58,498 nucleotides of DNA from Patescibacteria group bacterium (GTDB lineage Bacteria; Patescibacteriota; UBA1384; UBA12157; JAENIV01): contig JBAYHL010000005.1 in assembly GCA_041666185.1 (NCBI GenBank), forward strand, positions 1 to 58,498, read 5' to 3'. The translations under genes were made by a program, and so were the position numbers. Position 1 is the stretch's first letter; every line of letters begins with the position of its first letter. This document shows positions 36,640-44,355 of the stretch, piece after piece. The notes under the pieces are model-generated. The model was not told the DNA's origin and ran no database searches. It saw only the letters and a program-made list of their open reading frames with translations.

Positions 36640-37308
36640 ATGAACAAAGCAATTTTAACTTTTGTGGCAACACCTGTTTTGGGACTAATTTTAACAATTG
36701 GTGCCGGAACAGCTTACGCTACAACTGTTTCAAATTCTTCGAATGTATCTGTTAGCTCAACTAACAATAATTCGAACAGCAACGCCAACGCTAATGCTAA
36801 CAATAATGTTATCAATGTTGGCTCAGGTAGTGCTGCAGGAACTGCTAACTCTAGCTCAACTTCTAATTCAGCTAGTGGTGGTTCTGTATCAACACAGAAA
36901 GCTGTTGCGTCTAAAACAGCAACAGTAACTTCAACAGACAACAACGCTAATGCTAATGCCAACGCTAATGCTAACAATAATGTTATCAATGTTGGCTCAG
37001 GTAGCGCTAGCGGTTCAGCTACAGCTAACGCTGACGCTGATGCACAAGCAGGTGTCGTTGAAACTTCTGACTCGCAAGAGTCAACTAGTGACAACACAAC
37101 TGCAAATGCAAATGCTAACGCTAATGCTAATTCAAACAAAGTTTCCGTTGCAACCGCAACTGGAACTTCTACCACTGAAAGTGAAAAAACTTTACCTTCA
37201 GCTGGTGCAGAATTAGTCGTTCCGTTTGCTTTGGCATCACTAGGCACATCAACTGTTGCCTATCTTCGCCAAAAGAAACAACTAGCCACTTTAGCTTTCT
37301 TAAAATAA
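36640..37308 (+). CDS. Repetitive Asn/Ala/Ser/Thr-rich surface protein with LPXTG-like sorting signal
   Basis: ATG 36640 with signal peptide MNKAILTFVATPVLGLILTIGAGTAYA/T; (NA)n runs; NNNVINVGSGSA twice; C-terminus LPSAG + hydrophobic helix + RQKK. Confidence 0.7.
   Translation: MNKAILTFVATPVLGLILTIGAGTAYATTVSNSSNVSVSSTNNNSNSNANANANNNVINVGSGSAAGTANSSSTSNSASGGSVSTQKAVASKTATVTSTDNNANANANANANNNVINVGSGSASGSATANADADAQAGVVETSDSQESTSDNTTANANANANANSNKVSVATATGTSTTESEKTLPSAGAELVVPFALASLGTSTVAYLRQKKQLATLAFLK
36784..37004 (+). repeat. 47-bp perfect direct repeat (36784-36830 and 36958-37004) within AAYGCY hexamer tracts
   Basis: GCCAACGCTAATGCTAACAATAATGTTATCAATGTTGGCTCAGGTAG read identically at both positions; copies start 174 bp apart. 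Confidence 0.9.
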
Positions 37309-37332
37309 TTGGAAGCTTAGTTGCTTAAAAAG

Positions 37333-37370
37333 AAGACCCGTTCAAATCGAAAGATGCGAGCGGGTTTTCT
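37333..37370 (+). terminator. Probable intrinsic terminator
   Basis: ACCCG...CGGGT stem with extension, then TTTTCTT. Confidence 0.5.
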
Positions 37371-37384
37371 TGTATCTAGTAAGA

Positions 37385-37413
37385 TTGTAGATATCTTGTT
37401 TTTCAGGTATAAT
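37385..37413 (+). promoter_or_regulatory. Promoter TTGTAG-17-TATAAT, 6 nt before the prfB ATG (leaderless geometry)
   Basis: -35 at 37385-37390, -10 at 37408-37413, ATG at 37420, no SD. Confidence 0.6.
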
Positions 37414-37419
37414 TAAATT

Positions 37420-38406
37420 ATGGCGAGTAAAGAAGAATTAAAAAATTTACTAAAAATTGACGAAAAAAAGCAAGAAATTGTTGGTATTCAGACGGAAATG
37501 AACGAACCGTCTTTTTGGAGTAATACGCAAAAATCACAAGAAAAAGTTCAAGAGCTGGCTAATTTAGAAAAAGAAGTCAAAGAATTTGAGTTAGCCGAAA
37601 CTCCAGAGCAGCTGGAAAAACTTGAAACAAAAACTTTATTATCAGATAAATATGACGAATATAACGCCCTTCTTTCGATTCATGCGGGTGCTGGTGGAAC
37701 CGAAGCTCAGGATTGGGCAGAAATGCTGCTTCGAATGTTTGAACGCTTTGCTGATCGAAGAAGTTTTTCTCATGAAATTTTAGAAATTTCATCTGGTGAA
37801 GAAGTCGGTGTAAAATCAGTAACTTTAAAAGTTTCCGGTCCTTATGCTTTTGGTTTTTTGAAATCCGAAGCTGGTGTTCACAGATTAGTTAGAATTTCAC
37901 CATTTGATGCCGACAAGGCTAGGCACACTAGTTTTGCTTTAGTTGAAGTTATTCCTGAAATTAGACACGATGGGGAAGTGGAAGTAGATGAAAAAGATTT
38001 AAGGATAGATGTTTATCGTTCTGGTGGGCATGGAGGTCAGTCTGTTAACACAACTGACTCAGCTGTGCGTATAACTCATTTACCAACCGGTCTTGTTGTT
38101 TCTTGCCAAAACGAGCGTTCGCAGTTGCAAAACAAAGCTATGGCTTTAAAAATTTTACAATCCAGACTTTTAGCTATAAAATTAAAGGAGCAAAAAGAGC
38201 AGTCGGCAAAATTACGCGGAGAGCATTTGTCAGTTGGTTGGGGGAATCAAATTCGTTCCTATGTTTTACAACCTTATCGTCAAGTTAAAGATCATAGAAC
38301 CGAAGCGATTTCAACCAATCCAGACGAAGTATTAAATGGTAATATAGATTTATTTATTGATAGTTATTTAAAAGAAATGAAAGGACAAAATGTTAGACAA
38401 AGCTAA
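37420..38406 (+). CDS. prfB: Peptide chain release factor 2 (single ORF, no programmed frameshift, short N-terminus)
   Basis: SPF motif (VRISPFDA), GGQ motif (SGGHGGQSVN); 328 aa. Confidence 0.9.
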   Translation: MASKEELKNLLKIDEKKQEIVGIQTEMNEPSFWSNTQKSQEKVQELANLEKEVKEFELAETPEQLEKLETKTLLSDKYDEYNALLSIHAGAGGTEAQDWAEMLLRMFERFADRRSFSHEILEISSGEEVGVKSVTLKVSGPYAFGFLKSEAGVHRLVRISPFDADKARHTSFALVEVIPEIRHDGEVEVDEKDLRIDVYRSGGHGGQSVNTTDSAVRITHLPTGLVVSCQNERSQLQNKAMALKILQSRLLAIKLKEQKEQSAKLRGEHLSVGWGNQIRSYVLQPYRQVKDHRTEAISTNPDEVLNGNIDLFIDSYLKEMKGQNVRQS

Positions 38407-38689
38407 ACAACTTTGGGAATTACAAAAAAAAGCCAGAGCAATTCAAAAAGAATTAAAAGAAATCGAAGTCGAAGCTAAAGCGGCTGAAGGCAAAGTGGTC
38501 GTTGTTTTTAATGGCGAACAACATATTCAATCAATTGACATAGATCCTGAAATGCTCGACCAGGAAAAGAAAAGAGATTTAGAAAAAGCTTTACAGCAAG
38601 CAATTGCCGAAGCAATTTCTAGAGTTCAAGCAGTTGCTTCAGAAAAAATGAAGGCGATCGCGGGAGATCTAAATATCCCTGGAATGTAA
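38390..38689 (+). CDS. ybaB: YbaB/EbfC-family nucleoid-associated protein
   Basis: 99 aa; AEGKVVVVFNGEQHIQSIDIDPEML...LEKALQQAIAEA pattern; 17-nt overlap with prfB. Confidence 0.8.
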   Translation: MLDKAKQLWELQKKARAIQKELKEIEVEAKAAEGKVVVVFNGEQHIQSIDIDPEMLDQEKKRDLEKALQQAIAEAISRVQAVASEKMKAIAGDLNIPGM

Positions 38690-38692
38690 AAA

Positions 38693-39424
38693 ATGACAAC
38701 AGTTATTACCTTTGGAATTTTTTCAGTAATACCTCTAATTTTTGGAGCGGCTTTAGGCGCGTTTTTATCCGTTAAAGAAAAATATTTGGGAGCAATCTCG
38801 GCTTTTGGCGCTGGGGCTTTAGTTGCCGCTTTAACTTTTGGTTTAATGGAAGAATCTTTTAAATTAGGTGGATTAGACAACTCTATTATTGGTTTTATTG
38901 CCGGCGGAGTTATTTTTGTTGTTGGCGACACCCTAATTATTAGAATTGGTGGTCGGGGACACAGAAGATCTTACGATGTTGAAAGTTCAACAACGGGGTG
39001 GGGGATAGTTCTCGGAGCGATTTTAGATGGTATTCCGGAATCAATTGCTTTAGGAATTGCCTTATTGCTTAATAAATCGGTTGGTCTTTTGGTATTTGTG
39101 GCAATTATTTTAGCAAATTTACCGGAAGCAATTTCTTCAGCCTACGATCTTAAAAGAACCAAGAAATCTAACAAAGAAATTATTCTTATTTGGACAGCTG
39201 TAGCGGCCATAAGTTTAGTTTTTGTCATTTTGGGATATACAATTTTTTCTCAAATTTCTAGTAGTTGGACGGCAACTTTTCAATCTTTTGCCGCCGGGGC
39301 AATTTTAGCCATGCTAGCAGTAACAATGATGCCCGAAGCTTATAAAGAAAGTGGTATTGATGCCTCAATGGCAACTGTTCTCGGCTTTTTAATAATATTT
39401 GTTCTTTCTAAGGTGGGTGTATGA
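38693..39424 (+). CDS. ZIP-family divalent metal transporter
   Basis: Polytopic; GIPESIALG and LANLPEAIS motifs. Confidence 0.75.
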   Translation: MTTVITFGIFSVIPLIFGAALGAFLSVKEKYLGAISAFGAGALVAALTFGLMEESFKLGGLDNSIIGFIAGGVIFVVGDTLIIRIGGRGHRRSYDVESSTTGWGIVLGAILDGIPESIALGIALLLNKSVGLLVFVAIILANLPEAISSAYDLKRTKKSNKEIILIWTAVAAISLVFVILGYTIFSQISSSWTATFQSFAAGAILAMLAVTMMPEAYKESGIDASMATVLGFLIIFVLSKVGV

Positions 39425-39969
39425 AATTAATTGTTGGACTTGGCAATCCTGGAAAAAATTATGAAAAAACACGGCACAATTTTGGTTTTATGATTTTGGA
39501 AAAAATAGTTCAAAAAAAAGGTCTTATTTTTGCCTCTCAAACGGATTTTGAAGCTCGGATCACCGAACTTAATATAGATGGTAAAGCTAAGCTTGTTTTG
39601 CCTCAAACTTTCATGAATGATTCTGGTAGGTCAGTCCAAAAAATCAAAAATTACTTCAAAATTAATTTGGAAAATGTTTGGGTAATTTCTGATGATGTTG
39701 ATTTAGAATTAGGAAAAATTCGAATTAGTTTTAGCGGCAGTTCAGCTGGTCATAAGGGTGTTCAGTCAATTATAGATAACATTGGTCAAGAATTTTGGCG
39801 GATTAGAGTTGGCGTTGGCAAACATGAAAAAGTTCCAACCGAAAAATGGGTTTTGGAAAATTTTTCAAAAAATGAATCTGAAATTGTAGATAAAATTGTT
39901 GACAAGGTTGCTGATTTAGTGTTAGAATCTTTAAGTAATAATTTAAAAGAAGAAACAATTAATATTTAG
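39421..39969 (+). CDS. pth: Peptidyl-tRNA hydrolase
   Basis: LIVGLGNPGKNYEKTRHNFGF, GHKGVQSI. Confidence 0.92.
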   Translation: MKLIVGLGNPGKNYEKTRHNFGFMILEKIVQKKGLIFASQTDFEARITELNIDGKAKLVLPQTFMNDSGRSVQKIKNYFKINLENVWVISDDVDLELGKIRISFSGSSAGHKGVQSIIDNIGQEFWRIRVGVGKHEKVPTEKWVLENFSKNESEIVDKIVDKVADLVLESLSNNLKEETINI

Positions 39970-40023
39970 TGGAAGTCCTTCGATTAAATTCGAAGCACGC
40001 TTGTACCACGAAGGAGTAATTTT

Positions 40024-40887
40024 ATGGGAACACAAAGACCAGTTGTCATTGGTGAAGAACTAACAGATGATTTGGGCGGACCAATCGCAAAGCACCATGG
40101 CAAGAAAAAAGAAGAAAAAAGTTCAAAAAAGAATGTTGAAGAACAAATTAAAGAAGCCAAGTACAAAAAAGAAAAAGTAGAAGAAACTGTAGTTGAAGAA
40201 AAATCAGAAGGCGAAGAAGTGGGTCAAGAAGAAGAGTCTTCAACTAAAGAAAAAAAGACTAAAGCCAAAGTTGGTAAAGTTAAAATTCGTTCTAAAAAAT
40301 ACCAGAAAGCTTTGGAACTTATTGATCATACTAAAATTTATGAACTTGAAGATGCTTTAGATTTGGTCAAAAAAACCTCAACTTCAAATTTTGATGGCAA
40401 TGTTGAAGTTCACGTTAGACTTTTGCTAAAAAATGGTAAACCAGAAAATTTACGAGGAATGTTAAAATATCCTCATGCGACTGGTAAACAAATTAAAGTC
40501 ATAATTTTAGATGAAAAGATTATGGAAGAAATTCAGAAAACAAAAAAAACTGATTTTGATATTGCCTTGGCAACTCCTGAAATGATGCCTAAAGTGGCAA
40601 AATTAGCCAAGATTTTAGGACCAAAAGGTAAAATGCCTAATCCAAAATCTGGTACGGTTACTTCTGACCCAGAGAAAACCAAAAAGGAATTAGAAGGCGG
40701 CACGATTGAATACAAAACTGATAAATATGGTATTATTCATCAGGCCATTGGTAAAGTTTCTGCTGATTTGAAAATTTTGGAAGAAAATTTTCGAACACTT
40801 CTCTCAGTTTTACCATTAGAAAAAATTACAACTTTAAATATTTGCGCCACAATGTGGCCAAGTATAAGTGTTGACAAGACAAAATAA
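40024..40887 (+). CDS. rplA: 50S ribosomal protein L1 with ~85-aa Lys/Glu-rich N-terminal extension
   Basis: SD GAAGGAG; canonical L1 begins near KIRSKKYQKALELID...FDGNVEVHVRL; no in-frame ATG/GTG/TTG near the canonical start. Confidence 0.88.
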   Translation: MGTQRPVVIGEELTDDLGGPIAKHHGKKKEEKSSKKNVEEQIKEAKYKKEKVEETVVEEKSEGEEVGQEEESSTKEKKTKAKVGKVKIRSKKYQKALELIDHTKIYELEDALDLVKKTSTSNFDGNVEVHVRLLLKNGKPENLRGMLKYPHATGKQIKVIILDEKIMEEIQKTKKTDFDIALATPEMMPKVAKLAKILGPKGKMPNPKSGTVTSDPEKTKKELEGGTIEYKTDKYGIIHQAIGKVSADLKILEENFRTLLSVLPLEKITTLNICATMWPSISVDKTK

Positions 40888-40997
40888 ATATTGTAAGATT
40901 AATTTGCCGTAGAAAATGGGCCGCAAAAAGCATAAGACCTATCGAGGTAAAATAAAGAATTAAGTAATAGATTATATTTCTTAAAGCTTTATATTAT

Positions 40998-41022
40998 TCT
41001 CGCGGCTAAGCGAGATTTTTTT
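40998..41022 (+). terminator. Terminator-like hairpin abutting the rplJ start (possible attenuator)
   Basis: TCTCGC-GGCTAA-GCGAGA followed by T7; ATG at 41025. Confidence 0.55.
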
Positions 41023-41024
41023 AA

Positions 41025-41546
41025 ATGTTATTAACACGTGATCAAAAAGAACAATTGATTTCAAAAATGTCAGATGGTTTGGAAAAATCTAAGACTGTTT
41101 TGTTAGTTAATTACCAAGGTTTGAAAGTTAAAGAAATTCAAGAATTAAAGAAAAAGTTGAAAGAACAGGGGATTGGTTTTCAAATCATTAAAAATTCATT
41201 GTTAAAAATTGCTTTAAAAAAAGCTAATTTATCAATTGAAGAAGGTTTACTTGATCAACCAGTGGCTATCGTTTGGGGAGATGTTGACGAAGTAACACCG
41301 GCTAAGTTGACCTTAGAATTTGGTAAATCTGCAGAAAAATTAGAAGTAATTGGTGGAATTGTTAATAGAAGCTTTGCTGATGTGGAAATGATTAAGCAAC
41401 TGGCTTCACTACCTGGACGAGAAGAATTGTATGCTAAATTAGTTGGCAGTTTGAACGCACCGATGTATCGTTTAGTAAATGCTTTACAAGGAAACTTAAG
41501 GTCGTTAGTTTATATTTTAAAACAATATCAAGAAAAAAAAGTATAA
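41025..41546 (+). CDS. rplJ: 50S ribosomal protein L10
   Basis: 173 aa; typical L10 N-terminus (KEQLISKMSDGLEKSKTVLLVNYQGLKVKEIQELKKKL); upstream of rplL. Confidence 0.9.
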   Translation: MLLTRDQKEQLISKMSDGLEKSKTVLLVNYQGLKVKEIQELKKKLKEQGIGFQIIKNSLLKIALKKANLSIEEGLLDQPVAIVWGDVDEVTPAKLTLEFGKSAEKLEVIGGIVNRSFADVEMIKQLASLPGREELYAKLVGSLNAPMYRLVNALQGNLRSLVYILKQYQEKKV

Positions 41547-41557
41547 AACATTAATTA

Positions 41558-41598
41558 ATAGCCCGCTAAACACGGGTCCGCAATAGCGGAAAAGGAAC
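41558..41598 (+). promoter_or_regulatory. 41-nt leader motif, copy B (upstream of rplL)
   Basis: ATAGCCCGCTAAACACGGGTCCGCAATAGCGGAAAAGGAAC; 38/41 identical to 23511-23551. Confidence 0.5.
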
Positions 41599-41602
41599 AA
41601 AA

Positions 41603-42235
41603 ATGGCAGACGAAAAAAATATCAAAGACATGGAAAAACAAGCAGAGAAAGAAGCCGAAGCAGAAGAAAAATTAGACAAAGAACCTTCAAAAGAAGAAGC
41701 TGGTTCTAATCCAGACGAGAACGCTGAAATTGGCGCTCAAGTCGAAGAAGCTGCTGGCACTGAAGAAGAAACTCCAGCCGAAGTTGAAGCAATCAACACT
41801 GACAATGAAACAGCCAAAGAAGCTACGAAAGCTTCAGAAAAAGCTGAACCAACTGGCAAATTTAAAGATTTAATCAAAGAAATCGAAGGTTTAACAACTT
41901 TAGAGTTGGCTGATTTAGTCAAAGCTTTAGAAGAACGCTTCGGCGTTTCAGCTGCTGCTCCTATGGCAGTTGCTGGTGCTCCTGCTGCTGGTGCCGCTGG
42001 TGCTGCTGAAGCAGAAGAAAAAGCTAACTACACAGTTATTTTAACTGATTCTGGATCACAAAAAATCGCCGTTATTAAGGCATTGCGTGAGATTAATCAA
42101 GAATTAGGTCTTAAAGAAGCTAAAGATATCGCTGATGCACCACCAAAAGAAATTCTAAAAGATGCTCCAAAAGAACAAGCAGAAGAAGCTAAGAAAAAAC
42201 TTGAAGCAGCTGGTGCAAAAGTCGAATTAAAGTAA
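41603..42235 (+). CDS. rplL: 50S ribosomal protein L7/L12 with ~85-aa acidic N-terminal extension
   Basis: Canonical part [31 protein letters not shown]...Ala/Gly hinge...[11 protein letters not shown]...AGAKVELK, preceded by an E/A/K-rich 85 aa. Confidence 0.88.
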   Translation: MADEKNIKDMEKQAEKEAEAEEKLDKEPSKEEAGSNPDENAEIGAQVEEAAGTEEETPAEVEAINTDNETAKEATKASEKAEPTGKFKDLIKEIEGLTTLELADLVKALEERFGVSAAAPMAVAGAPAAGAAGAAEAEEKANYTVILTDSGSQKIAVIKALREINQELGLKEAKDIADAPPKEILKDAPKEQAEEAKKKLEAAGAKVELK

Positions 42236-42272
42236 TTTTTTCAGAAATATCGGCCCAAATATTTTCTCAAAA

Positions 42273-42296
42273 GCCCGGTTTAAACCCCGGGTTTTT
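42273..42296 (+). terminator. Intrinsic terminator after rplL
   Basis: CCCGG-loop-CCGGG followed by TTTTT. Confidence 0.6.
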
Positions 42297-42303
42297 GAGT
42301 TAC

Positions 42304-42332
42304 TTGACAAGCGAGATTTTAAGTGTTAAAGT
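42304..42332 (+). promoter_or_regulatory. Promoter TTGACA-17-TAAAGT
   Basis: -35 at 42304-42309, -10 at 42327-42332. Confidence 0.6.
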
Positions 42333-42395
42333 ATGATTTCCATACGAATGAAAGTTCGTTGTCCCATGCAACAATTTTATTAGGGGGTGATCGAA

Positions 42396-42767
42396 ATGAG
42401 AGTTATCCACAGCGACTCATCCTCCGGCTGTCACAGAGAGTTAGAAGTAATACAAGGAGTTAAGATCCTCGACATTCAAAGGATTGAAACTTTGACACAA
42501 GATCAAATAGCAGAAGAGTTGATTGAGAAAGTAAATCAGGCTTTAACCGATATCCGTCAGGAAATTGAAAAGCTTGAGGGTGAAATGCGAAGACTTGACA
42601 TTAGTCTTTCGACGCGTTTCCCAGCTAACAAGAGACTCGAGGGTCATTCGCTTTCTTTGATACTGGAGAGAAGTCAGCTAATAAAGAAGCAGGCTGTTCT
42701 TCATGAATTCCAGCAAAGGCTAAGAACTAGATGGCGTCGGTTAGAGGGCATAGAGAAGGCTTCGTAG
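42396..42767 (+). CDS. Hypothetical coiled-coil protein (higher-GC orphan)
   Basis: SD GGGGGTG then ATG 42396; heptad-like EELIEKVNQALTDIRQEIEKLEGEMRRL; own promoter and terminator. Confidence 0.55.
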   Translation: MRVIHSDSSSGCHRELEVIQGVKILDIQRIETLTQDQIAEELIEKVNQALTDIRQEIEKLEGEMRRLDISLSTRFPANKRLEGHSLSLILERSQLIKKQAVLHEFQQRLRTRWRRLEGIEKAS

Positions 42768-42783
42768 GAAGCATGGGAATCTT

Positions 42784-42816
42784 GGTCCTAGTGTTTTTAC
42801 ATTAGGACCTTTTATT
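42784..42816 (+). terminator. Intrinsic terminator
   Basis: GGTCCTA/TAGGACC stem followed by TTTTATTTT. Confidence 0.65.
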
Positions 42817-42845
42817 TTAAGGTAAAATCTATTATAATATGAACG

Positions 42846-43958
42846 ATGTTTTCATTTAAAATTCTTAAACAATCTAAAAAAAATTTAGCCCGTCGAGGTG
42901 AAATCACTACCTCTCAAGGTAAAATTCAAACACCAGTTTTTATGCCTTGCGCAACAATTGGTGCGGTTAAGGGTATAAGTCCAGAAGACTTGGAAAGTTT
43001 TGGTTATAAAATAATTTTAGGTAATACCTATCATCTTTACTTAAGGCCAAAAGATGAATTTATTAAAGATTTTGGCGGTTTGCACAAATTCATGAATTGG
43101 AAAAATTCAATTTTAACTGATTCTGGTGGTTACCAAGTGTTTTCTTTAGGCGCCGCTTACAAGGCTAGTAATGGTAAAGGAGAGAGTTTAGTTGAACTTA
43201 AAGAAGAAGGGGCAATTTTTAGATCTCACCTTGATGGTTCAAAACATTTATTTACGCCTAAAAAGGTAATAGATATTCAAAAAAATCTTGGTTCGGATAT
43301 TATGATGGTTTTGGATGAATGCACTCCTTATCCCGCAACAAGGAAGCAAGCTAAAAAATCAATGGAGTTAACTCATCTTTGGGCAAAAAAGGCGATAGAG
43401 TATTGGCAAAAAAATAAATCTAAAAAACAGGCTCTTTTTGGCATTGTTCAAGGTTCAACTTACAAAGATTTAAGAGAACAATCAGCGGAATATATTTCTA
43501 GCTTACCATTCGACGGCGTCGCAGTTGGTGGTGTTTCTGTTGGTGAGGGGAAAACTAATATGTACAAAGTAATGAAATGGGTTGGTCCAAAGCTTCCGGA
43601 AAATAAACCCCATTATTTAATGGGGGTAGGGGAGCCAGAAGATATAATTTACGGAGTTAAGCGTGGTTTTGATATGTTTGATTGTGTTTTGCCAACACGC
43701 TTAGGTCGCCACGGGACGGTTTGGGTAACTACAAATTGGAAAACTTTTAAAAAAATCGATTTAAGAAAAACTCAATATCGAGCTGATAAAAAAACTATTA
43801 TGAAAAACTGTCAATGTCCTGCTTGCTCGGGTAATTATTCAAAAGCTTATATTTCTCACCTTATTAGATCTAAAGAAATGTTGGGAATGAGATTGGCGAG
43901 CTTGCACAATCTACATTTTATTCAAACGCTTATGGAGAAAATCAGAGAAAATATTTAA
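42846..43958 (+). CDS. tgt: Queuine tRNA-ribosyltransferase (tRNA-guanine transglycosylase)
   Basis: TPVFMPCATIGAVKG, TDSGGYQVFSL, YLMGVGEPEDI, DMFDCVLPTR, zinc site CQCPAC...H. Confidence 0.92.
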   Translation: MFSFKILKQSKKNLARRGEITTSQGKIQTPVFMPCATIGAVKGISPEDLESFGYKIILGNTYHLYLRPKDEFIKDFGGLHKFMNWKNSILTDSGGYQVFSLGAAYKASNGKGESLVELKEEGAIFRSHLDGSKHLFTPKKVIDIQKNLGSDIMMVLDECTPYPATRKQAKKSMELTHLWAKKAIEYWQKNKSKKQALFGIVQGSTYKDLREQSAEYISSLPFDGVAVGGVSVGEGKTNMYKVMKWVGPKLPENKPHYLMGVGEPEDIIYGVKRGFDMFDCVLPTRLGRHGTVWVTTNWKTFKKIDLRKTQYRADKKTIMKNCQCPACSGNYSKAYISHLIRSKEMLGMRLASLHNLHFIQTLMEKIRENI

Positions 43959-44013
43959 AGCTTTGTTTTAAATATTTGCAGATAGTTATATACTATAAAA
44001 GTAGGAGAATTTA

Positions 44014-44334
44014 ATGGATCAAATAGGACCTTTGAGACAAGGTACTCCTGAAGTACCCCAATCTACACCAGAAGAAAAATTACCAGAAAGTCTTGAAACC
44101 GAGACAGAAAAACCTACTTCGCAAGTAGAGCAAGAAGCAAAAGAAGCCCAACAGGAAGAAATGGTTACTTTTGAACCAGCGGAGGTGGTAATTGAGGACC
44201 AAGGAAAGGTGATTTCTGAGGAGAAAAAGCCAGAGGTCAGCAAACAGCCGGCAAATGTTGATGTTTCCGGTGAGATTAATACGGCAGATCAAGCTTTTAG
44301 ATTACAAAATGAAATAAACTCTTTGCAAGAGTAA
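44014..44334 (+). CDS. Small acidic Pro/Glu-rich hypothetical protein
   Basis: SD TAGGAG; 106 aa, low complexity; 21 nt upstream of the first ATPase gene. Confidence 0.55.
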   Translation: MDQIGPLRQGTPEVPQSTPEEKLPESLETETEKPTSQVEQEAKEAQQEEMVTFEPAEVVIEDQGKVISEEKKPEVSKQPANVDVSGEINTADQAFRLQNEINSLQE

Positions 44335-44355
44335 TTACTAAATCAAGGAGGGTAT

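Noticed and set aside
36760-37140. Possible CRISPR or other non-coding tandem array because of regular short repeats
   Set aside because: The repeats are 6-nt codon-phase units plus one 47-bp duplication inside an ORF that has a signal peptide and sorting signal. There is no repeat-spacer architecture anywhere in the window.
36020-37247. Multiple overlapping ORFs in other frames and on the other strand (36020-36460, 36189-36464, 36241-36432, 36698-36928, 36714-37247, 36950-37216)
   Set aside because: These are artefacts of stop-poor repetitive AAYGCY/Asn-rich coding sequence. The frames with signal peptides and a sorting signal explain the region.
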